Shown: in pieces, positions 1 to 12,965 of the stretch
Layout of the letters: each line of letters starts with the position of its first letter
Position numbering within the stretch: position 1 is the stretch's first letter
Source: Trichosphaerium sp. ATCC 40318
Taxonomy: Eukaryota > Protista > Tubulinea
DNA: 64,000 bases
Reading direction: 5' to 3'
NCBI GenBank assembly: GCA_038496445.1
Contig: JALMLS010000353.1
Span: 62,001 to 126,000, forward strand
The notes under the pieces: model-generated
Databases searched by the model: none
Told to the model about the DNA's origin: nothing
Seen by the model: only the letters and a program-made list of their open reading frames with translations
Program-made: the position numbers and the translations under genes

Positions 1-3000
1 CTTAGCGAAGGCAAACTTGCACGACTGATCAATGATAGTTCCAGGCAAACTAAACCAAAAGTGTTAGGAATCAAGTTACATATTTTGTAGTACTCTTTTA
101 TGAGAAGCTCAACTTCTGGGTTAGCTTCAGAGTGCATCAAACGAGGATGCTGACAAATAGTCTTCATCAAGCTGATAGCAGACAAAGGCGAGTCTGTTTT
201 ATTTAAGGCCTAAAGAAAGTTCATTTTATTGTGTAAAGGGAGAAAAAAACAAGAAAGCTGCTTTTATACCTTTCGGACGGCTGGCATGTTTATAAACTTG
301 TTGTAAATAGAAATCTGACACTCAGTAAGTGTTAGCCATACAACAAGGTCATTCTTTCTTCCCTTGATGTTCAAGTTTTTCAACTAAAATAGAAAGTTAG
401 GCAAAGCACATCTATTCTCAAAGAAAAGACTTCGAATTTCTTACCTCACGCTTTTCACGACGTAAAAAGTATGGTGCAATTAGATTGCGTAGAGACTCCT
501 CCATTTTAAAACCAAGCTCCTTTTCAAAGGCTGTAGCTTTCTTATCGTGACTCTGTAAAGAAAATCATCAGACACAAAGATTTGCAAGCCATGACAAAAA
601 ATTCTTTTGGACGTACACGAATTATCTTGGTTTCGTACTCCCTTTTAAACGTACGATAATCACCCATCAAGGTACCATTACAAGCCCAGTCGAACAGCGC
701 CCATAATTCCTTTGAATATAAATCAGTAAAAGCCAAAAAACAGAAAAGAATCATCGTACCTTGTGGTTGTTCATAATTGGAGTACCAGTCAATAAAATTT
801 TATGTCTCGCTGGTACTTTTCTTAAAGCAATGGACCGTTTTTTCTTTGCGTCCTTGATGTTATGTCCTTCATCAAGAATAACATAATCCCACTTGAATTC
901 TTCATCATCACTATCAAGATATTTACCAGCAAGAAGATCGGTATTAGTGCGAACCATATCTAACATTGTTGTCAAGAGAAGAATAAAAAACAGAAAAAAA
1001 TAAGAAAAGTAAACGTACCGTAAGTGGTCAGTACAATACCACCTGATTGCATAATATCATGCACCATGCGCTTTCTTTGTAACTTTGTTTTGTCACTTAG
1101 AAGAGTTCCAAGGACAGGTTGACCCTTAGTAATAAGCCTACATTTAGTTAGAACAAAGATCTAGAAAAAACTTGATCTAACAAACTATAGCGTACCATTT
1201 ATCAAGTTCTTGCATCCAATTCAGCAACACTGACTTTGGCAATACTAATAGAACATTGAATGCGTAACCACATCCAAGAACACCATATAGAAAGGCAATA
1301 ACCTTAACAAGACATAAGTCAGACTCGAAAAATTAACAAAGTCTCTTTGCTACACACCTGTATTGTTTTTCCCAAACCCATATCATCGCCCATTATTCCT
1401 CCAGAATTCTTTAAATGGAGATCCCACAGGAATTTTACACCATCACGTTGATGCCTAAGAAACAGATCAGACTCAACAAACACGAAACAAACAAAAAGAG
1501 AAACTTACTTGTATAGTTTCTCGTAAATGCTCGCAGGTATACGAAACCTCTCCTCTCTGTTTGTAGCAAAAGGTCTCAACATATAGAACTTTGCAAGGTC
1601 ACCATTACGTTTTGTACGTATTGTCCTGAACCAAGAATTTTCAAGCTCCTTAGTGCAAGTCAAAAAAAAACTTAAAAAAAATTGAAGAAGAAAAATCTTT
1701 TTTTAAAGCACGCGGGCTAACATACCTCATATTCGGTGTTACCTTTCACACACCTACGTACAACGCGTTCGTTTGTTGGCGTCAATTTAGGCTTTAGTTT
1801 GCCATCAGGAGAACGCACAACATCAACGACTTGTTCAGTAGGCTTAGGAAACAATGAAGGATCGTCTTCAGGATCAGGTTGTGTTGTACCACAAATAGAA
1901 ACGCGTCTAGACTTACGCTTCTTAGGTGCAGGAGAAAGAAGCATATTAGGCTTGGGTAGGGATTGCTTCTGAGGTGAGGCGTTTGGTTTGTCCACAGGTT
2001 CAGCCATATCTTCATACTCGCTCTCTGGAAGAGCAGGTGGTGTGTACTGAGGGTGTGACTGCTTCTTAGGCGTGACAACAGGCATGCTAATATCAAGGTT
2101 ATCCAATTTCTCAGTAAGAGCTCCTACGCTCTCAGAGTCACTGCAAACAGCTTGCTCCTGGTCCTACCAACACTTTAGCATTGGCTTCAAAAAAAAGCTC
2201 AACTGAGCGAATGAACGTACCGCAGTGTCTCTTGGTTGGTCTTCAACGAAAGGAGCGTTATTTTCTTCCTCTGGGAACAAATCCGCCACCCATGATCGCT
2301 TTTCGTCCGTTTCTTCTTCACCAATTTGGATGGCTTCAGGTTGTTCATTTGTAGTCTCCTCAACAGCGCTTTGCTCATCTACGACTTCCATAGAATCTAC
2401 ATTCGAAGCTTCTACTTCCATTTCATCGCACTCGGGGTTGTTTTCTTCAACAGGTACTTCTAGTACTTCTTCAATCAATTCTTCTTCTATAGGCGATTCT
2501 TCGATTATATTATCATCTTCTTCAGTACTTTCTGGCTCTGTAGCAACATCTTCATTGTCGACGCGTTCTACATCAATCGGCTGGTCGCCTATTACTTCTG
2601 ATGGATGCTCAACCACTTCTTCGTTGGTAGAAGTTTCGTTGACGGAAGTGTCTTCATCTTCTTCAACTGGCTCCGAGTGAGAAGGTTCTGGGCTAACCTC
2701 TTGCTCCTTTCTCATTGCTTCTCGAAAAGGAGAGGGCCGCTGTGTGAAAAATAAGCGGGAAAACAACTTGTACTGCAAAAAAAACGTACAAAGACAGTAT
2801 CATCCTTAACAGGCTCTGGCCTTTCTTGTAGAGCAATTACGGTTGACGTTGTCTGTGAATTATCATCACTGTGTGTTGGTGTCTGTTCGTTTATTTCAGT
2901 TTCCTGCGAGTTCTCTGGAGTTGAACTAGAAGGTTACTCAGCGAAATGCACCGCGTGGCGACAAGAAAAACGAAAAGAAAAATCTGACAGATACAAGGAG

Positions 3001-3605
3001 CTTTTGAAAGTATGATTACTACACGTACGTCGCAACAGGGTCTAAGTGCTCAAGAGATTCGTTAGCTGTATCAACATTTTCTTTGTCCTCCTCTAGTTCA
3101 TCCTCTGTCTTTGTAAACACTTTGATGGCTAAAGGCTTTGGCTGCTTTCTTGACGTGTCACTCGCCCTGATGATCGCAAAGTAAGAAGAGAATAAAGTTC
3201 TGCGTGTCACTTACTTCTTTTTGGGTTTAGGTTGTGAACCAGATAACAAAGCGGCGTATTGCGGCAAAGAAGTCTGAGATTTTGCCTTTTTCTGTTTTCT
3301 GTACTTTATCTATAAACAAGGCGTTGGAATGAGCTCTGGGCATACAGTTAGCGTACCCGAAGCTGTTTAAGCTTCGCTTGTAGCTTGTCACTTGGTTTAA
3401 TAGCTCCTGCCTTTCGTAGCGCGCGAATAGCTTTGTCGAACCTCTGTTCTGCTTCGTATGCTTTAGACATAACAACAAAGTCTGTGTAAGCTTTTCGTTT
3501 TGCTTTCGTTAGTTTTGTTGTAGCTTCATTATTTACATTAGTGCTAACTGGTGTTAACACTGTTGGTCTTGAAAAGAGCCTCCTGACTCGTTTTGGAGAA
3601 CTCAT
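1..3605 (-). CDS. ERCC6L: SNF2-family DNA translocase, ERCC6L/PICH-like; multi-exon, runs off the left edge
   Basis: ATG at 3605. TPR-like N-terminus (KAYEAEQRFDKAIRALRKA) and acidic linker, then helicase motifs GGIMGDDMGLGKTIQ, WDYVILDEGHNIK, LLTGTPIMNN, ELWALFDWACNGTLMG, LIAPYFLRREK, RKNDLVVWL. Confidence 0.85.
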
Positions 3606-4027
3606 TGTTTAGACAATCATATAGCTCTGGGGATAATGATGAGTATAGTAATATTCGCCACAGAGGTGTTGTCACGGTGAAAATTAAAACCGTTGCTTAT
3701 TTAAATGTTCGCGCGGGAAAATCAAATGCTGTGAACGTCACAAATAAGTGTGGTTCCGTTTGGGTATACAACCGAGTAATTAACGGCGTTTAAACAAACT
3801 GCAATTCAAATACAGACTTAATGCCTTCTAAGTCGTATCAACGCAAAACACATCAATATCACAATGAACGCAACATCTCATGTTAGCGCCCATAACGCTA
3901 TATACTATTCCGTAGTATTTCGTTCTGATTTAATTTCTTGCTTTGCGGTCTAGTGCCTGCGCTCACTGCACAGTACCAAAAGGTACCAACTAGCTCTAAT
4001 TTTTGTTTTCTCTGTTTCTTTTTCTTT

Positions 4028-4104
4028 ATGATGAGTAAAAAGTAACCCTTACGCTGTTTATCGGAAGGATCGTGTCGATAAACACCTTTTAATGACTATC
4101 CTGA
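4028..4104 (+). ncRNA. Box C/D snoRNA-like RNA, copy 1
   Basis: ATGATGA (box C) ... CTGA (box D), 77 nt, internal hairpin TGTTTATCG/CGATAAACA, T-rich flanks. Confidence 0.7.
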
Positions 4105-4266
4105 AACTTTTTCTCTTCTATTTCCTTCGAACCATTTTTCTATTGGCCTGCCGCTTACTTTAATACGCTAGCTCAATAACGATGGTAAATACATTAAACT
4201 CCACTAAGCAACCTGACACGATAACGTACGAAAACTTTTCGTTTTTTCTGTTTCTCAAAGTAGCCT

Positions 4267-4343
4267 ATGATGAGTAAAAAGTAACCCTTACGCTGTTTAT
4301 CGGAAGGACCGTGTCGATAAACACCTTCAAATGACTATCCTGA
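4267..4343 (+). ncRNA. Box C/D snoRNA-like RNA, copy 2
   Basis: Near-identical to copy 1; terminal stem GCCT/AGGC closes the C and D boxes. Confidence 0.72.
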
Positions 4344-4730
4344 GGCCTTTTTTTGTTTTATTCTTTTCTGCTTAATTTTACAAGCTTCGGTTTGTTAATT
4401 GTCTACTTTAGGATTTGGGCTTGCTCCTGACCTGCTATTATATGTTTTCTTACAGGTATACAGTAGTATACACCTGTAGAGGCACCTACTAGTCACAAAC
4501 AAGCTCAAGGATGATAACACCAAAAGAAAAGTTGATAGCTTTCCTTTTTGCCTTCCTTTATGACAACAGTGACGAAAGAAGCTTTGATTTATTACCTATC
4601 ACTGCGCTTTCACATTCGTGTATTAGATACACCCACTGTAACGTCCTGCTTGAAAGTACAAGACGACATGACATTTTTTTGTAGCGTACGTACTTTTTTT
4701 GGTTTTTGGTTTTTCTTGAATTTATGGCCT

Positions 4731-4808
4731 ATGATGAATAAAAAGTAACCCTTACGCTGTTTATCGGAAGGATCGTGTCGATAAACACCTTTTAATAGAC
4801 TATCCTGA
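4731..4808 (+). ncRNA. Box C/D snoRNA-like RNA, copy 3
   Basis: Near-identical to copies 1-2 with a 1-nt insertion before box D; GCCT/AGGC terminal stem. Confidence 0.72.
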
Positions 4809-5042
4809 GGCTTTTCAAATGAAAAAAAAGACTTTTTTTTGAAGATACAAGTGACACGTTTTGACACCTACATAGGAATACTACTTGTAAGCGACAGATA
4901 TTTATTATGTGTTAATATCATTTACACAATGCGATTGCAAGAGTTGATTCAGCAATGTTATTAATAATAAACGTTTATTTTAATCATAACTGCGTTTGTT
5001 GGTTTGTTTTTCTTTGTTCGGAGCGCCACTGTTTGTTTTATT

Positions 5043-5988
5043 TTATTTCATTCTTGCTGTTGAGTTTGCTCTTTGAAACTCTGGGTCAAAATCGATCAGA
5101 ATCACCGTCCTTGGAAACTGCTTGTCAGGCACTTTCTGTATCCTAGTATCGACAACAGCACTCTAGTTCATCATTGATTAAAAACAAAGATTATGTCATT
5201 CTAAAGAAAATTTACGCACAAACTCTGCAGCGTCCAGAAGTCCTTGAACTATCCCACCAACGAATGATGCACAATTAAGACCTATTCGGTAATGTTGACC
5301 TCAAAGACCAAAATATTGAAACAAGCTAACCTGTAAGATCCTTGGGTACAGAGATGTACTCAGTAACTATTGGTTCGTCATCAATAATCATATCTAGATG
5401 AAGGTTAATTTGATTTATCTTAATCTAACTCTGAAAGTGTTTGCTGTACAGTTGAGACGTACACTGCACATCCTTGGTAGCGCTTGAACGCAAATCAGTC
5501 GCCGCTCGGCCGAATAAAACTTTCCAAACCTTACAATAAGAGTTAGTACATAAACAAGTATTTTTCAAAGCGTATAGGTACCGTGTTTTGTATCCAGTAA
5601 AGAATACGTTTAATGTCAACCTCACGTTTGCTTACTTTATCTTTCCAATTGAAATACTCCATAAGTCGCATACCCATAGCGTGTCCTAGGTCTACAAGCC
5701 TGTAGTTTATTATTAACGAAAAAAAACACGTGGATGCGAATATTTTACAAAAAGTCGCTAGTGTACATTACCTGCGTTGTAAGTCCCTTACTCTAGTTAC
5801 TTTTCTTTGAGAGTATTGTATATAACCCAAAAATAATAATGAGAAAGAGCTCAGGCATACCTAATGCTTCATATGAGCTTTTCTATTTACATTTGCCTAT
5901 TCCCTTTGAATTTGACTACCTCTTTTTTACCACGTGACAGAGACCTGTCTAGTATGTTTGCTGTCTTGTTTCTGGATCGCTTAGACAT
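5043..5988 (-). CDS. TRAPPC5: TRAPP complex subunit 5 (Trs31), multi-exon
   Basis: Exons read MSKRSRNKTANILDRSLSRGKKE / VCLSSFSLLF / VWKVLFGR / YMIIDDEPIVTEYISVPKD / LNCASFVGGIVQGLLDAAEF / RTVILIDFD. Confidence 0.9.
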
Positions 5989-7320
5989 ACTACGCAATCG
6001 TACAACTGTTTACTGGAATGTGAAAAAAGTTTAAAGCTAACTTAGCGATCGTCGTTATTATTTGAATCAATCTTGACTCTGCAAATACTCACAAGCCTCA
6101 TGTCACGTAGTGCGTCCACTATTGTGTTGTAGTAGTCCTTTGAGGCGCCTTTTCGCGTTTTGTCACTTACATTTGTTTTAGAGCGTAAGGTAACCCATTC
6201 GGAATTGATTACGCGTATAGAGAAGTTTAAAGAACACTTATGCGAGAAATCGGCACACTGTGTCGAAAGCGTGGGTGCAGCGATGAGTTTAGACACAAAC
6301 GACCTTGATGCACTCATTGAAGCCATTGGCGAACGCACAGATACACGTACGTATCTTCCAACTGCTCAAGATTGAAAATTTTGCAACGACGTTTTAAAGT
6401 TGTTTATTTGGTTGCAAAATATACGTTCATTGTTACTTCCCTTCATATATCCACACACGTGTTTTTTTTTTGGACTTTTTATCAATCAAAAACGCAGTAT
6501 TGCTTTAGGCCTCTGAAATGGCACAATATGCTCGTTGTTGTGCCCCTCCCTACATTTCTCGTTTTTTGCACTCACAAAGCTAGTTTTTTGTTTTCTACTT
6601 GTGTTATTCACTTTTTTATTCGTAGAAAATCTATTAAAAAAGAGTAATGTGGCTCTGCAAAAGCAAGGCAAACAGCTTGGAGCACAAGGCAAGCTAGCGA
6701 CTAAAAATCAGATGGTGTGGTGTATATTATCATTGAAATTCCCAGGTACTATCATAAATCAGACCTCAGAAAGCAAAAAACTAAAACAAAACGACTGTCC
6801 TGAAGTCAAATTATTTTGTTAAATCAAATGGAAAATATGTACGTTAACAACCTTTTACCCAATTCTTTTTTTTTACATAAGTTTAACTTATCGGTTACCT
6901 AGATCTTGTATAAAAATTTAGAAAGTTGATTGGTACCGCCAACTATCTACAACCGTTGTATCATAATGTAAAAAAAACTACAAAAAGTAAAAATAAAAAA
7001 AAAAACTTGTACATACAATTCAGTATCCTGTTCAATTGATAGATCATTACTGTGAACCAGTATAATTCATTCTCACTTTTCAGAGGGCGTACGAGTGACT
7101 CAATTACATATAGGTGTTCTATTCTTACATGGGAAAGAAGTCAAACGGGAATATAAAGAAAAATAAATTTCCAACCAAAACAATCCAATGTGCACATCAA
7201 CACAAGACTAGCGGCCTTGTTGGTTGTATTTATAAGTTATTGCAACACTTCGAAAAGATCAATGAGCTAGTACTGTTGCAGATGGTGAGATATCTTAATT
7301 CAATTTAATCGGAATTGGTC

Positions 7321-7909
7321 AGTCCTTCTGGACAAATCTTCCTCTATTACGTGATCTGGCTCATCGTGCTATCATCCGCACACTTAAATGCTCTTACAAT
7401 ACCCCACTAATCACTATTACTTGGATCTTATTCAAATCTCCTCCGGCTACCCTAGCCACTATCCTGTGTGCTGCTGAAAGGCTTGCATACCCATACACTC
7501 CATTTACACTATACAACTTGGCTAATCTTAAACCTAAACATCAAGTCGAATTCTTAGTCTTATTACGCATGGTATGGCTTGAGTACAATAACATACATCA
7601 CGGTAGTAGCATGTGCTCCCGACAACAATTCCTCCACAAGTTTAAACACGAGCGCCTACAGGCGTTTCTTAAGTCAAACATTATTCCGAACTTTCTACAA
7701 ACCTGGTCAGCTTTTTCAGCTTGACACGATCATTCTCAGGGCGGTTGGGTCACACCCACACAATTACGGTCCTAGTAGGAGGCGTCCTGCTCTTCCCGCG
7801 TTGAGAGCGGTAGGTGCAACTCCTATGTAAACCCTTGGCTAGCCCCAATGTACGCTAGCCTGCGATTGGGTCGTTCAGTGCAAAGCAGACAAATAAAAGT
7901 AAAGTAAAG
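7321..7909 (+). mobile_element. 5'-truncated non-LTR retrotransposon (L1/Tx1-like 3' end)
   Basis: Direct repeat TAATCGGAATTGGTC at 7306-7320 and 7910-7924. Startless open frame 7320-7724 (…LRMVWLEYNNIHH…FLQTW), GC-richer 3' UTR, AATAAA and (AAAGT)n tail. Confidence 0.8.
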
Positions 7910-8013
7910 TAATCGGAATTGGTCTCCATTTAGTGGTTGCTCATTCACGTAATTTCACTTGTTTCTTAGCTGACTATGTTAAGCTTGTATCTTAAACAAT
8001 CTCAGCTTCACCA

Positions 8014-8973
8014 ATGTTGCTTAGGTTCCTCGCTTTAGCGGTACTCTTAACTACTTCGTATTGCCAAAGTAACGATGTAAGTAAACTAATAATGATCGTA
8101 TCTTGTCAGTTGAACTTATGTACTATTAGCTCGCTTTATGGCCAATGACCACCCCATTTCCAATGGGTCCTCCGGTGTATAGCGTTGATCCTTCTTTTGA
8201 GGCCTCCGGAGTTACTGCTGATGCGTCAGAAAGTCTAGTAGACGTTATGGCCACTCCAGACCTTACCGACAGCTGCATACAAGCACGTATTTGTCATCGT
8301 AAGTAACGAACACTAACAACCTCAAAAAATAGTCGGGAGCCTTCCTTGCGGATACTACGGATACAAACGCAAAATTCGAATTTACGTTTACCAGCACCGA
8401 ATATGAGGGACCGGGCCAAGCGAGGTACTTAATTCGAGGTCTGAGACGACACGAATGCCACAATAACAACAATTTTTCTTTGCTTGATTTTTATGCTGCT
8501 AGATCTTAACCCTTTTTCACGTGATTTTGTTACAACCAAAATTATTCGCGTCACCTTCCGTTTTTTTTTCATTGGCTCATTTTTCTCGGACATCTATTTA
8601 ACTTCGTATGTGTAGAGTTACCATGTCAGCTACTGAAGCTGCAAGCTATCGAATATATAAAGGAGATGACCTATGGCCTTTTGTTGAAAATACCCACGTA
8701 ACCCAAGGGCCTGGAGCGATAACAGTTACTCTCGATTTTCCAGTAACTCTTAACACGCCAATTACTATATCTATTCAACCTTTTGGTAAGTGAAAAAAAC
8801 CCCAACTCAACGCAACTTTACACCCTTGTTATTCGGTTCTTTGTGTTAATTGTTGACTTTGATTGTTTTCAGGTGCTGCTTTAGTTGGCAATACTCCAAC
8901 TGTTTGCTTTGAAAGTGCTTTTGAAGTTGTCATACCTTGTACCAGAAGAATTACGAGTGTTAGCTGGACCTAA
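8014..8973 (+). CDS. Secreted hypothetical protein, multi-exon
   Basis: Signal peptide MLLRFLALAVLLTTSYCQ; GT-AG introns join open exons ending …RRITSVSWT*. Confidence 0.55.
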
Positions 8974-9438
8974 ATAGAACGTATCACTGAGGAATGTTCA
9001 AATAAAACCCTCTATTGGTATCAACTGCAATGTCTCATTACGACTTTGATTTGATAAATTGATTTTCTGTATTCCTAATTTTGGCATCCTTTTTTTTTTC
9101 AGACAAGGTGACTGCAGCTGTCTGGTGTCTTCAGCGTTTTCAACTTTGTCTTGTTTAGATAAAGGGCATAAACTTGAGCTATCAGAAAACCAAGTGGTTT
9201 TATTTGGTATCTATCGAATGACCATTCATGTGGCAAAGCTCGCTCTTTTTGTACATCTCAACAAGCGCACTTTGAGCAAAAAACAGGAAAGGGTACAATT
9301 ACTCTTTAGACTTTAATTTCATTCGTTCCAGTGCTTTGGTTGCACAGTACTGTATTGAGAACAGTACAAAAAAACGTGGATGCTCAGGAAAGTCCTTAAC
9401 TAAATCAGCAAGAAGAGGGAGGAATATATCCTATTTAT

Positions 9439-10335
9439 TTAAGCAGTACAGCCACAATTCCCGTTATTCGTGAGGATCACATTAGGACTAGCACCATCGC
9501 CATCAATAGAAGCATCACCGTTGTAGCAAAAATGAAAACCGTTGTAAACATAGAACCTTGTAAAACGCCATCCGTCATTACTGAAATTCCTTACTTCAAG
9601 ACTGGAAAAGGTTCGAAGAGGGTCTTTTACTGGAGCTGTAATAAAGAAATGATCAACAGCGCCTCGTTTAAAGTCATCTACACGTGTGTCATCAAGGTTG
9701 GTACTCCATGATGATGTTGAACCGTCTGTGTAGACATATCTGTATCTGATAGCACCATCTGTTTCAGCATAACCAGCTGTACTTGTTGTTGTCATTACAA
9801 AAGTACCTTCGGTGTCAGTATTTGGCGGAGGAGGTGTTGTAGGTGGTTGTGTCGTTGGAGGCAACGTGGTAGGAGGTACCGTTGTTGGAGGGAGCGTTGT
9901 TGGTAGGATTGTTGGCGGTTGAGTTGTTGGCGGTTGAGTTGTTGGTGGTCGAACTTTTTGTACAATATCTCCAGCCTCAAAACCAGGAATAGTAGGGCAT
10001 GAGGTACTGAAAAACAAGTTACAGATATAGTTTTGGTAGCTTTTGTAGTATCCACAACGAGAATCGTCATCACACAGTTGTTGGCATTCAGCTTTTGTAA
10101 CAGATTTATCTGCAGGGAAAGTACAGTCTCCGGGACCTCCCGCCCAGGCGCAATGGGTTACAGTTGAACCAGGGAGGTCTCCATTGCAGTACACAAACTC
10201 TCCGCCCCACATATCTTTGCGACATGCGGAACACTCTAGCGTTGTTCCAAAAGCGATTGTGTTGTAAGTATTACAACAAACTATTGATATTAAAGTAATA
10301 TTGACTATAAAGAGGGTCACTGAGGTACGTGTCAT
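9439..10335 (-). CDS. Secreted Cys-rich (PAN/apple-like) - mucin - PLAT/LH2 protein, intronless
   Basis: Signal peptide, CQQLCDDDSRCGYY, (PPTT[QLV])n repeats, PLAT signature TSTAGYAETD…DDFKRGAVDHF…NDGW. Confidence 0.75.
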   Translation of the reverse strand: MTRTSVTLFIVNITLISIVCCNTYNTIAFGTTLECSACRKDMWGGEFVYCNGDLPGSTVTHCAWAGGPGDCTFPADKSVTKAECQQLCDDDSRCGYYKSYQNYICNLFFSTSCPTIPGFEAGDIVQKVRPPTTQPPTTQPPTILPTTLPPTTVPPTTLPPTTQPPTTPPPPNTDTEGTFVMTTTSTAGYAETDGAIRYRYVYTDGSTSSWSTNLDDTRVDDFKRGAVDHFFITAPVKDPLRTFSSLEVRNFSNDGWRFTRFYVYNGFHFCYNGDASIDGDGASPNVILTNNGNCGCTA

Positions 10336-11812
10336 CTTTGTATGATAAGGTCAATTGTGTTTGCTTTTCAATTTCAAAACAGCAGGGAAATTTCGCGTAT
10401 GGATTTTTTTTCTGTTTGAAGATCAAAATTTTTATTAAAGGTGTAGACATATTACTAGATGGATGGCTTTTTTTTTTTTACAGCCACCATAAACACAAAA
10501 ATTGTACACGTTTCAATGATTGCAATTAATTGTTGAAGTATCGGTTTTCGGATTTATTTTTGTGGCTTAGATCTCACCTACACTCATAAACTAACCCAAA
10601 AATAGACTCATCATTGAAGGCTGGTTGTTAAAACATTGTGTGCACCATTTGAAATAAATTCTTCTAAAAACTCAAAAAATGTGTCAACGTTATAAAAGCG
10701 TTTGTTGAATCAATTTCTTCTCATCCACTTAGCCTAATCCAAAGGTTTCATAGCAAAAGGTACCCTTTTTCACGACTGTTTATAATTCTAAGCCAATGTT
10801 CTCAAAAAACGGTAGCAAACTAAAGATGATAATTAGATCTCTTTAGTCACTTGGTTCTATTCGTCAAGCACTCTTAAACAACTTCTCAAACATCAACTGT
10901 CCGTAAGTATTCTAAATTTATTGATATCCGTATGTTCTTTGTGTTGTCTGGAAAGCTCTACGGTAAGTAGAACACAACGTTTTTAAACTGTAAACTACAA
11001 AAATTCAAACCTTGTCAACATTACCAATGGTCTCCCAAACAAGTTTCTTGCTGTCGTAGCCGCTTCCTTCGAGGTTCAAGAATTTTAGCACAATAAACGT
11101 CAGATGGACACAATAGTATTCCTGTAAGCAGTACGCTGTATCAATGACCAGCAGCGAGGTACGAAATATTGGGTATCTACAGTCATTAGCAGAACATAAT
11201 CACCAGTTTATTTTTATATTTTCTTGTATTGTATTTCTATTCTTGTTCTTGTAGCGTTACCATGTGATCTGTTCGCGCTTTTAGGATAGTCAATGTTAGG
11301 TTGACAGTTCAAGTTGAAGACTTGATTAAAAGTTGGGCTGGAGAGCAATGTTTGGGAGGCTGTGACATACTGACAGTGCTTGTTATCTGCGATGTATCAT
11401 AAGGTACATGTCCTAATAATAAGAGGAAAAAAGATGCTTGAAGTATGATTGTTGCTAAAAACCACATAGTAGTTTCTTCACGTGTCCTTCATACTTCCTT
11501 ATATTGACATGAGACTTGTGACTGACGCGTGGAAATACTCCTAGTACAAGAGGACAATACTTTTAAAGAGCTAGTATCTTGTTTGCCTGTAATAGTCTTT
11601 TACTTTTCCCGACCGCACGTGATACAATAATTGTCTTATTTTAGTAAAAACAGTCAAACTTAGTTAAACTTCATTTGTGGATACTCTTGATACTTCCACA
11701 CTTGGTATGAGACCTTATCTTTAGTAGAGCCTTATCATTTTTTAAGTCCAGATTTCCACGCGCCGTTTCAGTTCTTTTCTCAACTTCCGCAAGAAAACAC
11801 ACAATTTACACT

Positions 11813-12622
11813 ATGAGTACCGTAGACAAACCTAGGCCCACAAGTAATCACCATTCTATGGCCATAATATCACCTTCTAAAAATCATCTTTCGCACCAAA
11901 CAAAGCGCATAGGTGTAAAGAAAGCTAACGCTGGTACGTAGGTTGTATCTCAAGGAAAACTTTTCAAAAAAACTTTTAAAATGTACAATGTAGGCGTGCT
12001 TGGGCTTACTGGGTTCTTCATCGCGTTAAACACCATATCTCTCGTTGATATATTCCGCCCTGAAGCTAAACTTAACACTATATGGTTGCTGCTCACTGTA
12101 TTTGGAGGCGTTCTACAAACAATGGGCGGATTGTTTGACTTTCAGCATGGGAACACTCTCTCATCCATAATTTTCTTAGTTTTTGGCCTTCACTGGGTAG
12201 CTACTGGGATAACAATGGGAAGGATAAAGTTATTAGAACCTGTAGTAGTTGTAGATGATCCTGATGAGTTCGAACTTGGATTCTATTTCATCACGTTAAC
12301 TCTTCTTGTACTTGTTTTTATTGTTTTCGCAATAGCCAATCCTGAAAGCAACTGGTTACTAGTACTGACATTAAGTGTTGTTCTTATAAAGCTTGTCATT
12401 GATACAGTTAATGTTTGGACAAAGAGCACTGTCGTCAAAAGATTAAGTGGGGTATTTGGTGTGATAGCAGCACTTTTAGTTTTGTATACATTACTAGCTG
12501 CAGGTTTGTCAGAGGTAGGTGTCTCACTTCCAACATACAAGTTTCAAAAAGATGGCAGTTCTGTAAGGCGCTTAATACTTAATTGCAGAAGCACTAATGA
12601 CAAACACAAAGGAATAAACTGA
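11813..12622 (+). CDS. GPR1/FUN34/YaaH (SatP) acetate transporter family
   Basis: One intron gives ANAGVLGLTGF (cf. NPAPLGL); FGGVLQ, GNT, FGLHW; about 6 TM segments. Confidence 0.85.
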
Positions 12623-12965
12623 CAAGAATACTTCTGTGTTAGGAACCGATTTGGCACCAGCCAACCCTGCAACTATAGTTTTTAAAGCGATCATCGTGCT
12701 TGTTGCTGTTGATTTTGTACGCGGAGACTATCGCTTGATGTTTAATAAATTGGTGCTGAAAGTTGAACTCTGGTTGTAAAAAGCCTCTAATTCTTTGTAG
12801 GGTTTAAACTGAGTTTGTTCGTCTACAAATGATACTTGAACTTGTAGGAAAATCTTTTGTGAAACAGAGGTGCACTGTTTACGACTTTTAATCGGAAAAA
12901 GCGAAAAGTGGTGATTCACAATTTAAGCCAAATTTTTTGAGACACAAAAAATTATCCGATAGTAG

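Noticed and set aside
2225-2680. Ser-rich + strand ORF (likewise 29643-30044 and 30450-30851)
   Set aside because: Antisense shadows of acidic coding exons.
4028-4808. Three direct repeats as a CRISPR array or telomerase template (TAACCCTTA)
   Set aside because: The units are 77 nt with irregular spacing, there are no cas genes, and the context is eukaryotic. The C/D boxes explain them better, and the template match is imperfect.
6042-6822. Several short overlapping ORFs
   Set aside because: No recognisable motif and no consistent start or splice model.
10800-11510. Possible minus-strand gene fragments
   Set aside because: Could not build a stop-free spliced model or recognise homology.
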